From an uncultured Sulfolobales archaeon (GTDB lineage: Archaea; Thermoproteota; Thermoprotei_A; Sulfolobales; NBVN01), in assembly GCA_938045815.1 (NCBI GenBank), contig CALIBI010000010.1, positions 1 to 51,051 on the forward strand: DNA of 51,051 nucleotides, given 5' to 3'. Below the pieces are notes generated by a model. It did no database searches, had not been told where the DNA came from, and was given only the letters and a program-made list of their open reading frames with translations. The translations under genes and the position numbers were made by a program. Every line of letters begins with the position of its first letter. The stretch's first letter is position 1. This document shows positions 10,411 through 19,660 of the stretch, one piece after another.

Positions 10411-10668
10411 TTGATGTGGGTTGGGAGTATGTGTGAGCTGACTGTGAGGTTGAGTAGCGGTAAGGAAGTAGTGGTTACTGAGGATGTTTTGGGCACCATA
10501 TATAAGTATATGAGGTTCTCACTAACTCTTGAGGAACTCGCGCGTGAGTTAGGTCTTGAGAATTGGGAGGAAGCTTACGATTTGGTGAAGAGATTCCCGG
10601 CTTGGGTAGCATGGACACCACCGTCTTTCTTTAGGTACATAAAAGAGAAACTATGTGTTGAGAAGTGA
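10411..10668 (+). CDS. Small HTH-like hypothetical protein (probable start ATG 10429)
   Basis: 'LTLEELARELGLENWEEAYDLVK' has an HTH-like pattern; TATA-like TTTATAA at ~10390. Confidence 0.7.
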   Translation: MMWVGSMCELTVRLSSGKEVVVTEDVLGTIYKYMRFSLTLEELARELGLENWEEAYDLVKRFPAWVAWTPPSFFRYIKEKLCVEK

Positions 10669-10762
10669 GGTAGTAGGCTCGTAGGAGAGCTTCCTCTTTA
10701 AGTCGCGTAGAAACGTACGTTTTAGATTGGTTTGCCGGATAGCTTAGAATGCGTGTGCAAAT

Positions 10763-11284
10763 ATGTGTAAGCTAGAGGATTCAGCGAGCGCGAGTATTGG
10801 TGTGGAGGGGAGTATGGAGAATCTTTGCTGGCCCCCTACCTACGTAGCTACCGTAACTTACGGTAAGGAAGAATTCGCGGAGCTCGAAATAGGTGATGCT
10901 TTTTTCTCTCTAGATCCGGAAATCAAGGTTTGTAGGACTTCCTACGGGGGAGTTCTCTTAGTGAAGACTTCGTTAACTGAAGATATCGCTACTAAGTTAT
11001 TACTAGCTAACCCCCCATCAACTCTCCATAGATTTATGAAAGTCATTTTTTGTTGTGAATCCACTAGATTAGCTGAGTGTTTAAGAAACAACATTACGGT
11101 TTTGTCTGGAATCAATTTTAGCTCCCTACGTGTTAGTGAGAGGTCGGGCGTGAGTCACGAATATATCGTTGAACTACTCAATACTGTGGGGTACCGACTG
11201 AGTCGAGGTAAGCAAGGTCTTACTCTAAGCGTAGAACCCTTCAGAAGCTTCGTTTGCTTCGCTAAGCAGCTCCTTAATTTTTAA
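10763..11284 (+). CDS. Hypothetical protein, THUMP-associated N-terminal-like domain (probable start ATG 10814)
   Basis: '[20 protein letters not shown]...[11 protein letters not shown]' resembles the N-terminal domain of archaeal THUMP proteins; SD-like GGAGGGG precedes 10814. Confidence 0.5.
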   Translation: MCKLEDSASASIGVEGSMENLCWPPTYVATVTYGKEEFAELEIGDAFFSLDPEIKVCRTSYGGVLLVKTSLTEDIATKLLLANPPSTLHRFMKVIFCCESTRLAECLRNNITVLSGINFSSLRVSERSGVSHEYIVELLNTVGYRLSRGKQGLTLSVEPFRSFVCFAKQLLNF

Positions 11285-11316
11285 AACACTTCCTTGTTTT
11301 TATTTCTGGTGGTAGT

Positions 11317-11811
11317 GTGGGTGAGCTGAGAAAGATAGAAGTAGTAGATATTCCGGTACCTCAAGGGACTAATATCGTAATAGGTCACACACACTTCATT
11401 AAGTCTGTTGAGGATATTTACGAAGCTTTGATAACTTCATCAACAGTGATTAAGTTCGGTATAGCTTTTAACGAGGCTAGTGGTGAGAGGTTAGTTAGGA
11501 GTGACGGGAACGATGAGGAACTAATTAAGTTAGCTGAGGACGCTGCTCTCAAGATAGGTGCTGGACATACTTTCGTGGTTTACTTGAGGAATGCCTGGCC
11601 CATAAACGTGTTGAACTCTCTGAAGAATGTGCAGGAGGTATGCAGGATATACACAGCAACAGCAAACCCTGTTCAAGTACTAGTTGCTGAAACTAATCAA
11701 GGTAAAGGAGTCATAGGAGTTGTTGACGGCTTCACAGTAGTTGGGGTTGAGAACGCTGAGAATAAGAAGCACCGTCACGAGTTTCTTAGGAGAATAGGTT
11801 ACAAGAAATAG
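11317..11811 (+). CDS. Adenosine-specific kinase family (DUF355/PAE2307-like)
   Basis: [43 protein letters not shown] and the C-terminal LRRIGYK are family-typical. Confidence 0.88.
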   Translation: MGELRKIEVVDIPVPQGTNIVIGHTHFIKSVEDIYEALITSSTVIKFGIAFNEASGERLVRSDGNDEELIKLAEDAALKIGAGHTFVVYLRNAWPINVLNSLKNVQEVCRIYTATANPVQVLVAETNQGKGVIGVVDGFTVVGVENAENKKHRHEFLRRIGYKK

Positions 11812-11849
11812 GAAAAACTTACTTTCGTTTAGTTAGTGGCTGATCAACA

Positions 11850-12482
11850 ATGTTTTCTAGCGCTTTCCTTAAGTGCTTATCAAGACAAGAACTACAGGCA
11901 GGTAAGCTTAAGCTGCTCTTCTACAAAATCATTAAGGAGGCAGAAATAGAGTTCTACGAGAATAGCTTTGAGGAAGTCCTTAAATTAAGACCCAGCAGCT
12001 TAGTAAGGCGTGAAAAACTAAGAAGAATATGCAGGAATTCTGACGCGGCACTAATAAGTGGAAACAGTATAAAACTATTCGTTAATTTTAGGGAGGTTTC
12101 CCCAAGTATCCAACTACTCAAAATACCCGCGGTGGTTAAGGAGATACTAATAGCTAAAGCATCAACAAGTAATAACACTACTAGCGAGGATTCAGAACCT
12201 GAGTTTATGAGTCTCAAACTAGAAACAGAAAAAATTGAGTTGAGTGAGGAACTCATAGCTTTTGATTCAGTGATTAGTGGGGATCTAGATGACAGCGTGT
12301 ACGCGTTGAAGATAGTGAGTGATAAGCTAAGTTCCGTCATAACTGTTAATGAAATAAGAAAGTATTTGAGTAAGCAAGTTAAGACCTCACTCAAGAAGCC
12401 TCCAAAGAAAAACAGAAAAAGAAAATCTAAAAGGAAAAGGAAACGTAGGAGAGGCAGGAAAACCTCCAGGAGGTCTCGCTAA
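11850..12482 (+). CDS. Hypothetical protein with a Lys/Arg-rich C-terminal tail
   Basis: 210-aa ORF filling the gap between the DUF355 gene and argF; ends in KKPPKKNRKRKSKRKRKRRRGRKTSRRSR. Confidence 0.65.
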   Translation: MFSSAFLKCLSRQELQAGKLKLLFYKIIKEAEIEFYENSFEEVLKLRPSSLVRREKLRRICRNSDAALISGNSIKLFVNFREVSPSIQLLKIPAVVKEILIAKASTSNNTTSEDSEPEFMSLKLETEKIELSEELIAFDSVISGDLDDSVYALKIVSDKLSSVITVNEIRKYLSKQVKTSLKKPPKKNRKRKSKRKRKRRRGRKTSRRSR

Positions 12483-12510
12483 TAAGTCTCACCTTAATTG
12501 TTGGTAGCCC

Positions 12511-13461
12511 TTATATGAGGAGAGCAAGCAAGGCTTTTTGTGCGTGAAGCCTGTTCTCTGCTTGATCCCATACTACCGACCAAACACCGTCTATGACCTC
12601 ATCCACTACCTCCATACCTCTTAATGCTGGTAGGCAGTGCATGAATATAGCGTCTTTCTTAGCTAGCTTCATGAGTTCAGGCGTTACTCTAAACTTACTT
12701 AAATCTCTTATTCTCTTCTCTCTTTCTGCTTCCTGACCCATGCTAACCCACACGTCCGTATAGACTACGTCAACCCCTCTAACAGCTTCATCAGGCGTTC
12801 TCACTATCTCTATTGAGGAACCAGATCTTGAGGCTTCCTCCTCAGCTATCTTAAGTATTTCTGGGTTGGGGTCGTAACCTTCCGCAGTACCTATCCTTAC
12901 ATTGACTCCTAATTTGCTTGCTGCCAGTATTAGTGAGTGAGCCACGTTATTGCCTCCATCACCCACGTAAGCTACCGTAACTCCTTTCAGTCTTCCTTTC
13001 TTCTCGTATATCGTCAACATATCTCCTACTGCTTGGCACGGGTGCTCTCTATCACTCAAGGCGTTTATGACTGGTATGTTAGCGTACCTAGCAAGCTCCT
13101 CTAAGTCACTGTGTTTATAAACTCTTGCGACGATACCGTCAACATATCTTTCCAGGACTCTTGCTGTGTCAGCTATTGTCTCGCCTCTACCGAGCTGGAG
13201 TTCCTGCCAATTAACAGTTATTGAGTGACCACCTAACTGAACTATAGCTTGCTCAAAACTAATTCTGGTTCTAGTGCTTGGTTTCTGGAAAATCATCATG
13301 ATTGTCTTACCTTTAAGTACCGGTATTATTCTCTCACCACCGTAAAACCTCTGCTTTAAGTTGTAGGCAGTGTTCAACGTAAACGTGAGTTCTTCTGACG
13401 TTAAGTCAACTATCGAGAGGAAATCCCTTCCTTTCAAGGATCTCACGAGGCTTACACCCAC
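12511..13461 (-). CDS. argF: Ornithine carbamoyltransferase
   Basis: STRTR, HPCQ, DVWVSMG and HCLP motifs, plus QAENRLH. Confidence 0.97.
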   Translation of the reverse strand: MGVSLVRSLKGRDFLSIVDLTSEELTFTLNTAYNLKQRFYGGERIIPVLKGKTIMMIFQKPSTRTRISFEQAIVQLGGHSITVNWQELQLGRGETIADTARVLERYVDGIVARVYKHSDLEELARYANIPVINALSDREHPCQAVGDMLTIYEKKGRLKGVTVAYVGDGGNNVAHSLILAASKLGVNVRIGTAEGYDPNPEILKIAEEEASRSGSSIEIVRTPDEAVRGVDVVYTDVWVSMGQEAEREKRIRDLSKFRVTPELMKLAKKDAIFMHCLPALRGMEVVDEVIDGVWSVVWDQAENRLHAQKALLALLI

Positions 13462-13518
13462 ACAATATTTAAGACGAGCAAAATAAATTTTATTTATAAC
13501 CCTAGACTCAATTAATTT

Positions 13519-14178
13519 TTGAAGATCATGAAGAAGATGATGGTACTCCTCAAAATAACTGAGGAGAGAGGCGGTGTTAAACCGGCTTTCTCACCCTACC
13601 ACGTTTTTAAGTTACTTGAGTTTCTTCACGCGCGTGGTGTTAGTAGTAGGCATGAGTTAATGAGGTTGCTAGGTCTGGGTGAAGCTAGTGTTAAGACCCT
13701 GCTTAACAGGTTGAGGGAGATTGGCCTAGTGAGTATTTCAAGACCCCACGGCACTAAACTGACGGAAGCCGGCAGAGAACTAGTAGGTAGTCTTGTTAGC
13801 ATCATAAAATTGATTCCTCACTTAAGACTTGAGAGCGTGTGTGTTAACTGCACTATCTCAGGACTCGTCTTAAGTAGTGGCTATGCTATCCTACGTAAGG
13901 TTGGTGGGGTGGTGGTTCTTAGAGATTTGATAGTTAGGGAGGGCGCGGACGGAGCATTAATACTGACGTACTCTAGAGGAACTTTTTATCTTCCTGTGAC
14001 TGGGGGTCTAGAAGAACTAGGGGATGAGGAACTACATCAGCAGTTAAGAGATTTTCATGTTCGTGATGGTGACTTAATAGTCTTGGGTATGTGTTACTCA
14101 AGCGATAGAGAGAGGTGTCTTGCGGCAGCAGTTAATGCGATCATTAAAGTCTTGAGTTTTGAGGGTAGTGAGGAGTGA
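13519..14178 (+). CDS. Winged-helix protein with DUF4443-like C-terminal domain (putative regulator)
   Basis: 'GGVKPAFSPYHV...SRHELMRLLGLGEASVKTLLNRL...GTKLT' wHTH and 'LRDLIVREGADGALIL'; divergent from argF. Confidence 0.75.
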   Translation: MKIMKKMMVLLKITEERGGVKPAFSPYHVFKLLEFLHARGVSSRHELMRLLGLGEASVKTLLNRLREIGLVSISRPHGTKLTEAGRELVGSLVSIIKLIPHLRLESVCVNCTISGLVLSSGYAILRKVGGVVVLRDLIVREGADGALILTYSRGTFYLPVTGGLEELGDEELHQQLRDFHVRDGDLIVLGMCYSSDRERCLAAAVNAIIKVLSFEGSEE

Positions 14179-14855
14179 GGGGGGTAGCGCTATATACCGG
14201 GGGTAAGGATTCTCATTTCGCTCTAATGGAAGCCTTAAGAGCAGGCATACTAGTAGATTTGCTCATCATAGTTGTTCCGGCAGTCACTGATTCCTGGATG
14301 TTCCACTCTATCAACGTAGAGTTTTCTAAACTCCACGCGGACTTAATGAGTGTTGATAAGGTTGTAGTGCGTTCAGGCGGTATCAAAGAACTTGAGGTCT
14401 TAGAAGTTATTTCCAGCCTCAAGAAACTAGGTCTACGTTCTAAGTACGAATACCTAGTTTCGGGGGCCGTAGCCTCTAAGTACCAGAGAGAAAGAGTTGA
14501 TTTAATAGCTGAAGAACTCGGGTTAAACCACGTAGCGCCTTTATGGGGTCGTGATCAGAAAACCCTCCTGCTAGAGGAAGTTAAGCACATGAGCTTCATA
14601 GTCACTGCTATCCAGGCGTACGGGCTTAATATGAAGTGGTTAGGCACCACGATCAGCGAGAGTAATGTTAAGGAGTTCCTTAATGATCTTGAAAAACGTG
14701 GTATAAGTCCTGTTGGTGAGGGAGGAGAATTCGAGACTTACGTGATTTCTTCAAAACTCTTTAGGAAGGGAGGTGTTTACGTAGAGTCAGCTAGATTAAT
14801 TAAGCACCCACTACATGGGTTCGGATACTACATCATTGAATCTGCTAGAATATAA
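14175..14855 (+). CDS. dph6: Diphthine--ammonia ligase (Dph6, PP-loop ATPase)
   Basis: YTGGKDS, SWMFH, SGAVASKYQ, APLWG and GEGGEFETYV motifs. Confidence 0.9.
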   Translation: MRGVALYTGGKDSHFALMEALRAGILVDLLIIVVPAVTDSWMFHSINVEFSKLHADLMSVDKVVVRSGGIKELEVLEVISSLKKLGLRSKYEYLVSGAVASKYQRERVDLIAEELGLNHVAPLWGRDQKTLLLEEVKHMSFIVTAIQAYGLNMKWLGTTISESNVKEFLNDLEKRGISPVGEGGEFETYVISSKLFRKGGVYVESARLIKHPLHGFGYYIIESARI

Positions 14856-15093
14856 CTAACTCCTAGACAGGGGGGTGTTTGTACGGGTTTAGATCCTCAA
14901 GAACCCGAACTAATAATCAGGATCCTCAAATAATATGTGTAAGCACGGAAACTTCAAATGATTTAAAAATAATATCTGAAAACACTGAATTCAAACGGCG
15001 CACTACCCTCAAAGAACCAATAATTAATAGTGAAACAACATGAGACTATGAGATTACGGTAGTGATTGTTTCGATAGCGTTGATGATTGATGC

Positions 15094-16152
15094 TTACTTC
15101 TTAAACCAAGCGTCAAGTCCTCTGACTTGAGATTTAAGAAATTCTCTGTATGCTTTCCTCAGCCTCTCCACCGCGCCACTAACTCTATCTTCTGAGAAAT
15201 CGTGTTCTTCTACTAGGATTTTTCTTATTTGTTCGGGGTTAGGTTCGTCCCACTTGATGGTGTACGAGTCTGTTACTGGCGGGTTCAGGAATAGCTTCTT
15301 AATTTCCTCATAGTTGAAGTCTATCTTAACGTTAGGGATTGTCTTGATAGCTTTCTCAAAGCTTCCGTAAGTTTTTATTAGTTTGAGTGCTGTTTTAGGA
15401 CCCACGCCCTTAACTCCTTCGGGGTTGAAGTCTGTCCCGAGAAATATCGCTATATCTATTAGTTGTTCTCTACTCACCCCTAATTGCTTAAGTAGTGTGT
15501 CTAGCTCTATAATCTCAGGCTTTATCTCGACATACACCTCCTTACCCGGCAACTTACGTTTACCGCTAATTGTTAGGTTTCTTAAGAGTCTGGGTGTGTT
15601 GAATAAGAGTGAGTCATAGTCTTGCGAGACTGATGCCCACACATCACCTTTCCTAGCCATATGAGCAGCTTGCGCCTCACCTTCCGATGGTGCGTTTACG
15701 TAGGGTATGCCCATAGCGTTCAATAACCTCCTAGAATCTTCAACCATATCTGAGGTTAGTCTCCCAGTAGCTTGCGCGTACTTTCGTGCTTCCTCAATCC
15801 TGCCCTCCGCTATCGCTGCCTCGTACTTCTTAATGAACTCCTCTTTAATCGCTAGTCTCTCAGCGATCTCCTTAGCTTTCAGTTCAGGAGGCTTACCATC
15901 AAACACGTATACTGGTTTAAGACCTGACTCCACGAGATTAATGGTTCTGTAGAAAAGCCCGCTTAAGTGGCTCGTCACACGCCCTCTAGAATCCATTAAG
16001 GGGGTTCCGTCAGGCTGTCTTATCGCTGCCAAGAACTGGTAGAGAGCGTTATAAGCATCAATAGCTACAACCTTACCTCTTAACTCCCTCAAATCACTAA
16101 CAACCCTCACTACAGAAGTCTCCTCAATCAATTCTCTCAAATTAACACCCAT
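15094..16152 (-). CDS. fen1: Flap endonuclease 1
   Basis: MGV start, DAYNALYQFL, APSEGEAQAA, SQDYD, GTDFNP..G.GPKTA and a C-terminal PIP-like 'QVRGLDAWF'. Confidence 0.97.
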   Translation of the reverse strand: MGVNLRELIEETSVVRVVSDLRELRGKVVAIDAYNALYQFLAAIRQPDGTPLMDSRGRVTSHLSGLFYRTINLVESGLKPVYVFDGKPPELKAKEIAERLAIKEEFIKKYEAAIAEGRIEEARKYAQATGRLTSDMVEDSRRLLNAMGIPYVNAPSEGEAQAAHMARKGDVWASVSQDYDSLLFNTPRLLRNLTISGKRKLPGKEVYVEIKPEIIELDTLLKQLGVSREQLIDIAIFLGTDFNPEGVKGVGPKTALKLIKTYGSFEKAIKTIPNVKIDFNYEEIKKLFLNPPVTDSYTIKWDEPNPEQIRKILVEEHDFSEDRVSGAVERLRKAYREFLKSQVRGLDAWFKK

Positions 16153-16317
16153 GAGAGAGTTTCACCTAACTAAACTAGGTATTCAAAGTTATTATTTAGG
16201 AATAATCCTGAACAACACGCTTCTGTGGGATTCATGATTTCTCATCCCCGTATCTCTTACCTCCATGATTAAAGATTCGTTGAGGACATTCGCTACGAAC
16301 AGTAGAGAAACGACACA

Positions 16318-16542
16318 TTAAGAATTTACTGCATTCCAAGCGACGCGCTCCTTCAGCTTACTTAACTCACCATTATTGAACACGATCTCATCACATGGTC
16401 TTATCTGTTTCACGACCTGCTCTATCCTAGTGTTAACTTCTATCGTGCTAAGTCCCTTTCCCTATTTTGTGGAGGTTTCGGGGTGAATGATTAAAGCTAT
16501 CACATCTCCCTTGACTCTCCACACATTCAGGCTTACAACCAC
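16318..16542 (-). pseudogene. Possible ASCH-domain gene remnant
   Basis: My translation is ...LIIHPETSTK*GKGLSTIEVNTRIEQVVKQIRPCDEIVFNNGELSKLKERV..., resembling the ASCH pattern GxKxxExR...IkpGDxIxF. It has an internal TAG at 16462-16464 and an early stop. Confidence 0.4.
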
Positions 16543-16813
16543 ATACTAAGTACATCCCAACAAACACACCAAAACAACAAACCTCCACTAAATAGAGGCA
16601 GTTCTTCACTCCTAACTAAAGTCTTAAGCTCTTACAAGAAACGATTAAGTCTTGAAATCAAAGCTAGGGATATTCTGCTTGTTGTAGAGATAAAGCAAAG
16701 CTGAACTTATAAAGCTAGGTCTCCTGAACACTCAGAACCTCAAGCTACGGTAATTCTACAAAAGACAAAAATTTATAGAGATACCTCCCGTATAATATAT
16801 GGGGTGTATCTGA

Positions 16814-18457
16814 ATGCGCATCACTGGAAATTTCTTACTACCTATTATCCTGATTCTCCTAATAGTAGGTTCTATTTTAGCAATTTATTACGCCATAATG
16901 GAGACCGGTAATGTAGGTCCTGGGCTTCTACTTACGTTGAGTCTTTACGACGTTGATTTTGAGGAGAAAAAGCTAGTAGACGTGACTTCTACCATACTTA
17001 ATGATCCTGATGTTCTTATGTATTTAGAGGTTAATGCTATAACTCCACCGAGTCTTGAGTGGGAGGATATAGTAACGATAGCTAGAATCACGGCGAAACC
17101 CAGAAAAACTATATTTATTCGATCAGATGAGCTGCTTGAAGTTTCGAGAATGTGGGTTTCCTTATATAGCTCGAGGCACGGAAACCCTAAAACAACGTAT
17201 TCTGGACTAATAATTAGGTTATTCATTTATAACAGTAGTTCTGGTGACGTATTATTTGAAGCATACGATTCCATATCTTATAGACCAATTGAGGTAGTAG
17301 AGGGTAAAGCAATAAAAGTTACAGCAAGCTTACTAACGAAGTCTCAAAAATTCGTAAGACTTAATGTAAAACACGGTACCGTTACGCAATACGTAGCGTC
17401 GCAAGCAAGTATTGAGGAAGATGAAGTAGAGCCTTATCGTGGGTGTCACGTATATCGAGTACTTACGGCGGAAATTAAGCCGGAAGACACGTTCTCAGAG
17501 CTTCCAAGCAGCTACTTCAGGTACGTTGACGGTCGGTACTACGTGAAAACACCAGTAATGATTGTTGAGAACGTAAACCCAGAGAGTGCTACGCTTGCTT
17601 CATCTATCTCAATAATAATGATTGGGGCGAGTTCAGGAATCTACCCTACATTCACTTCTGGAAAAATACTCGAAAAAATAAATAATGGTGTAATGCCGAA
17701 CGTAACACTATGGAAAGGTAGTGGTTTCACGTGGGGAGGATCCACCTACTACTTCTTTAATAACCTTGGTCTAGTACCACCTCTCAGTAGCGCATGGATA
17801 TGGATATGGGCCAGACCTATTTACAGAACATACGCAGTCTACAGGAGGTGTTATTTGCTTCCTCCAATATATTTGAAAGATGACGTAGAGAATTTAATCG
17901 GGGACGTATTAACTAATGGTTCGAATATCCAAGGTGGTCAGGAATACGGGTCACCGCACAGTAACTTAATGCAGGCATTCTTCAACGGCACTAATATGAC
18001 ACTACTTCAAATTCCAGATACATATACAGAAGACGGAGATCTTGACCCCGATGAAAGTATAGTGCTGGATCAAATCTTTCTGCACCTTAATACTTGCAGA
18101 GATAATCCCGGGATAGGTATTCCAGCCGGAGCAATAGCAGCACTCGCTATATGTACCAAGCTAGAACTTCCTACTAGTGAGACAGCATGTGGAACTGCTA
18201 TAGCATTCACCTCAACATTTCAACTATCATTAATATCAGTACGGAGGATATCAGTATGGAGGTCTTCCATAATGATTATTGTAATCATAACCAATAACGG
18301 AGACGTGCCCTTTATTCCAAACGATACCGATACTGATGAGATTGTGTATGTAGCTGTAAGTAAGTATCAGTATAAGGTTGACCCACCTTTATGGTGTCCT
18401 TGGTGTAGTCCTTGCTATTACAACGTTCCTACAGGAATATATTTCAAGTGTGAATAA
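16814..18457 (+). CDS. Orphan secreted or membrane-anchored protein, Cys-rich C-terminal region
   Basis: 547-aa ORF with an N-terminal hydrophobic signal/anchor, TATA-like TTTATA (~16772), SD-like GGGGTG before the ATG, many N-x-S/T sequons and T-rich tracts after the stop. Confidence 0.8.
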   Translation: MRITGNFLLPIILILLIVGSILAIYYAIMETGNVGPGLLLTLSLYDVDFEEKKLVDVTSTILNDPDVLMYLEVNAITPPSLEWEDIVTIARITAKPRKTIFIRSDELLEVSRMWVSLYSSRHGNPKTTYSGLIIRLFIYNSSSGDVLFEAYDSISYRPIEVVEGKAIKVTASLLTKSQKFVRLNVKHGTVTQYVASQASIEEDEVEPYRGCHVYRVLTAEIKPEDTFSELPSSYFRYVDGRYYVKTPVMIVENVNPESATLASSISIIMIGASSGIYPTFTSGKILEKINNGVMPNVTLWKGSGFTWGGSTYYFFNNLGLVPPLSSAWIWIWARPIYRTYAVYRRCYLLPPIYLKDDVENLIGDVLTNGSNIQGGQEYGSPHSNLMQAFFNGTNMTLLQIPDTYTEDGDLDPDESIVLDQIFLHLNTCRDNPGIGIPAGAIAALAICTKLELPTSETACGTAIAFTSTFQLSLISVRRISVWRSSIMIIVIITNNGDVPFIPNDTDTDEIVYVAVSKYQYKVDPPLWCPWCSPCYYNVPTGIYFKCE

Positions 18458-18955
18458 GATCCTAAATAGTTTTTAATAATAATCTTTTGTTCCTAAATAC
18501 TTACCTCACATCCTTCCTGCTTAGGGATTTCTGCTTGTTGTAAGTCTCGCTATCTCTACGGATTCTTAAGTAATTATTGAGCCTAGTGGAAGGAGAGAAG
18601 GTAGTATTGTTTTAGGTGGTTTAGAGATTTACTCTCATCATTACCTAGAATTATTAAAAAGATCTAGAAAGCATTCCGATTTAGTGTTTATTCTGAGGTT
18701 ACGTGTTTGTGGTTATGTTTGGGGGATTTCTCTTTACTTACTTCTTTATTAGTGGTACGACTACTCCTGGAGAGGATTCACGTAGTGTTGGGTTTGAGGG
18801 AGTGCTCTGGTGTGTGGGTGTTTAGTAGTCTTGAGATGAAACTCTTCTAAGTAATTCTGTCTTTAATGCTTTTAGAGATGTTGTTAAGGGGTTTCTTAAG
18901 CTTTAAAGTGATTTTATTGATGTGGGGGTATTTAAAACTTGCGGTATTAACTCAT

Positions 18956-19660
18956 ATGAAGGTCTTGAAGTCTGGAAGAATTGCTGGGGTTGTGGATTTG
19001 ATGGATTATGACGCGATAGCTGAGGGTTATAGGAGGAGGTCTTGGGAGATAGTAGGTAAGATATTGAGATACGACACGAGATGGTTTGCTGACTTAGGTT
19101 CCGGTCCGGGACAGAATTCCAGATACTTAGCTTCTATCAATGATTTGGTGAGGGGTGTTCTAGTAGATATCTCTATTAACATGATATATAGATCTCTCAA
19201 AGAAACTCCTGAGTTTCTTCAGCATAGGCTATACCCAGTATTAGCTGATATGAGGGAATTACCGGTGAGAACAGGTTCTATGGATTCATTACTCCTCGTA
19301 GCTGCACTTCATCACGTGGTGCCTCGTGCTGATCGCTTAAGAACGTTACGTGAGTGTTATAGAGTCTTAAAGGATAATGGGTTATTACTAGTTGTTGTGT
19401 GGGCTAGGTGGCAGAAATCCTTACTCCTAGAAGTAGTGAGAGATCTGCTATCTTACGTCTTGCGTAAGAAGGAGAGTTTGTGGGATATTACTAGGTGTTC
19501 TCAAGCTGCTTGCAGAGTATACCACCTCTACAGTGTTAGAGAGCTAGAGAAAGAATTAGAAATTGCTGGATTCGAAATACTTGAGAAAGGTGTTTACGTG
19601 CCTGAGGGGAGTAAGGGACCACTAAACAAGAACTACTACTGCTTAGCAATCAAGACTTAA
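18956..19660 (+). CDS. Class I SAM methyltransferase, Trm9/ALKBH8-like (probable tRNA cm5U34 carboxyl methyltransferase)
   Basis: DLGSGPG SAM motif and Trm9-like 'AALHHV...RL..LRECYRVLK.NG..LV.VWA..Q' and 'RVYHLYSVREL'. The start was moved from 18866 to ATG 18956, 25 nt downstream of the start of TTTAAAA (18931); ATG 19001 is an alternative. Confidence 0.75.
   Translation: MKVLKSGRIAGVVDLMDYDAIAEGYRRRSWEIVGKILRYDTRWFADLGSGPGQNSRYLASINDLVRGVLVDISINMIYRSLKETPEFLQHRLYPVLADMRELPVRTGSMDSLLLVAALHHVVPRADRLRTLRECYRVLKDNGLLLVVVWARWQKSLLLEVVRDLLSYVLRKKESLWDITRCSQAACRVYHLYSVRELEKELEIAGFEILEKGVYVPEGSKGPLNKNYYCLAIKT

Noticed and set aside
14858-14932. G-string (CAGGGGGG) and duplicated GATCCTCAA as a possible origin (ORB) or sRNA
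   Set aside because: It does not match the TCCA-x-TGGAA ORB core, there is no cdc6/whiP nearby, and the box spacing does not fit a C/D RNA.
18570-18752. ~60-codon stop-free + strand frame downstream of the 547-aa gene, as a possible immunity gene
   Set aside because: There is no start codon or SD near its 5' end and no recognisable motif.
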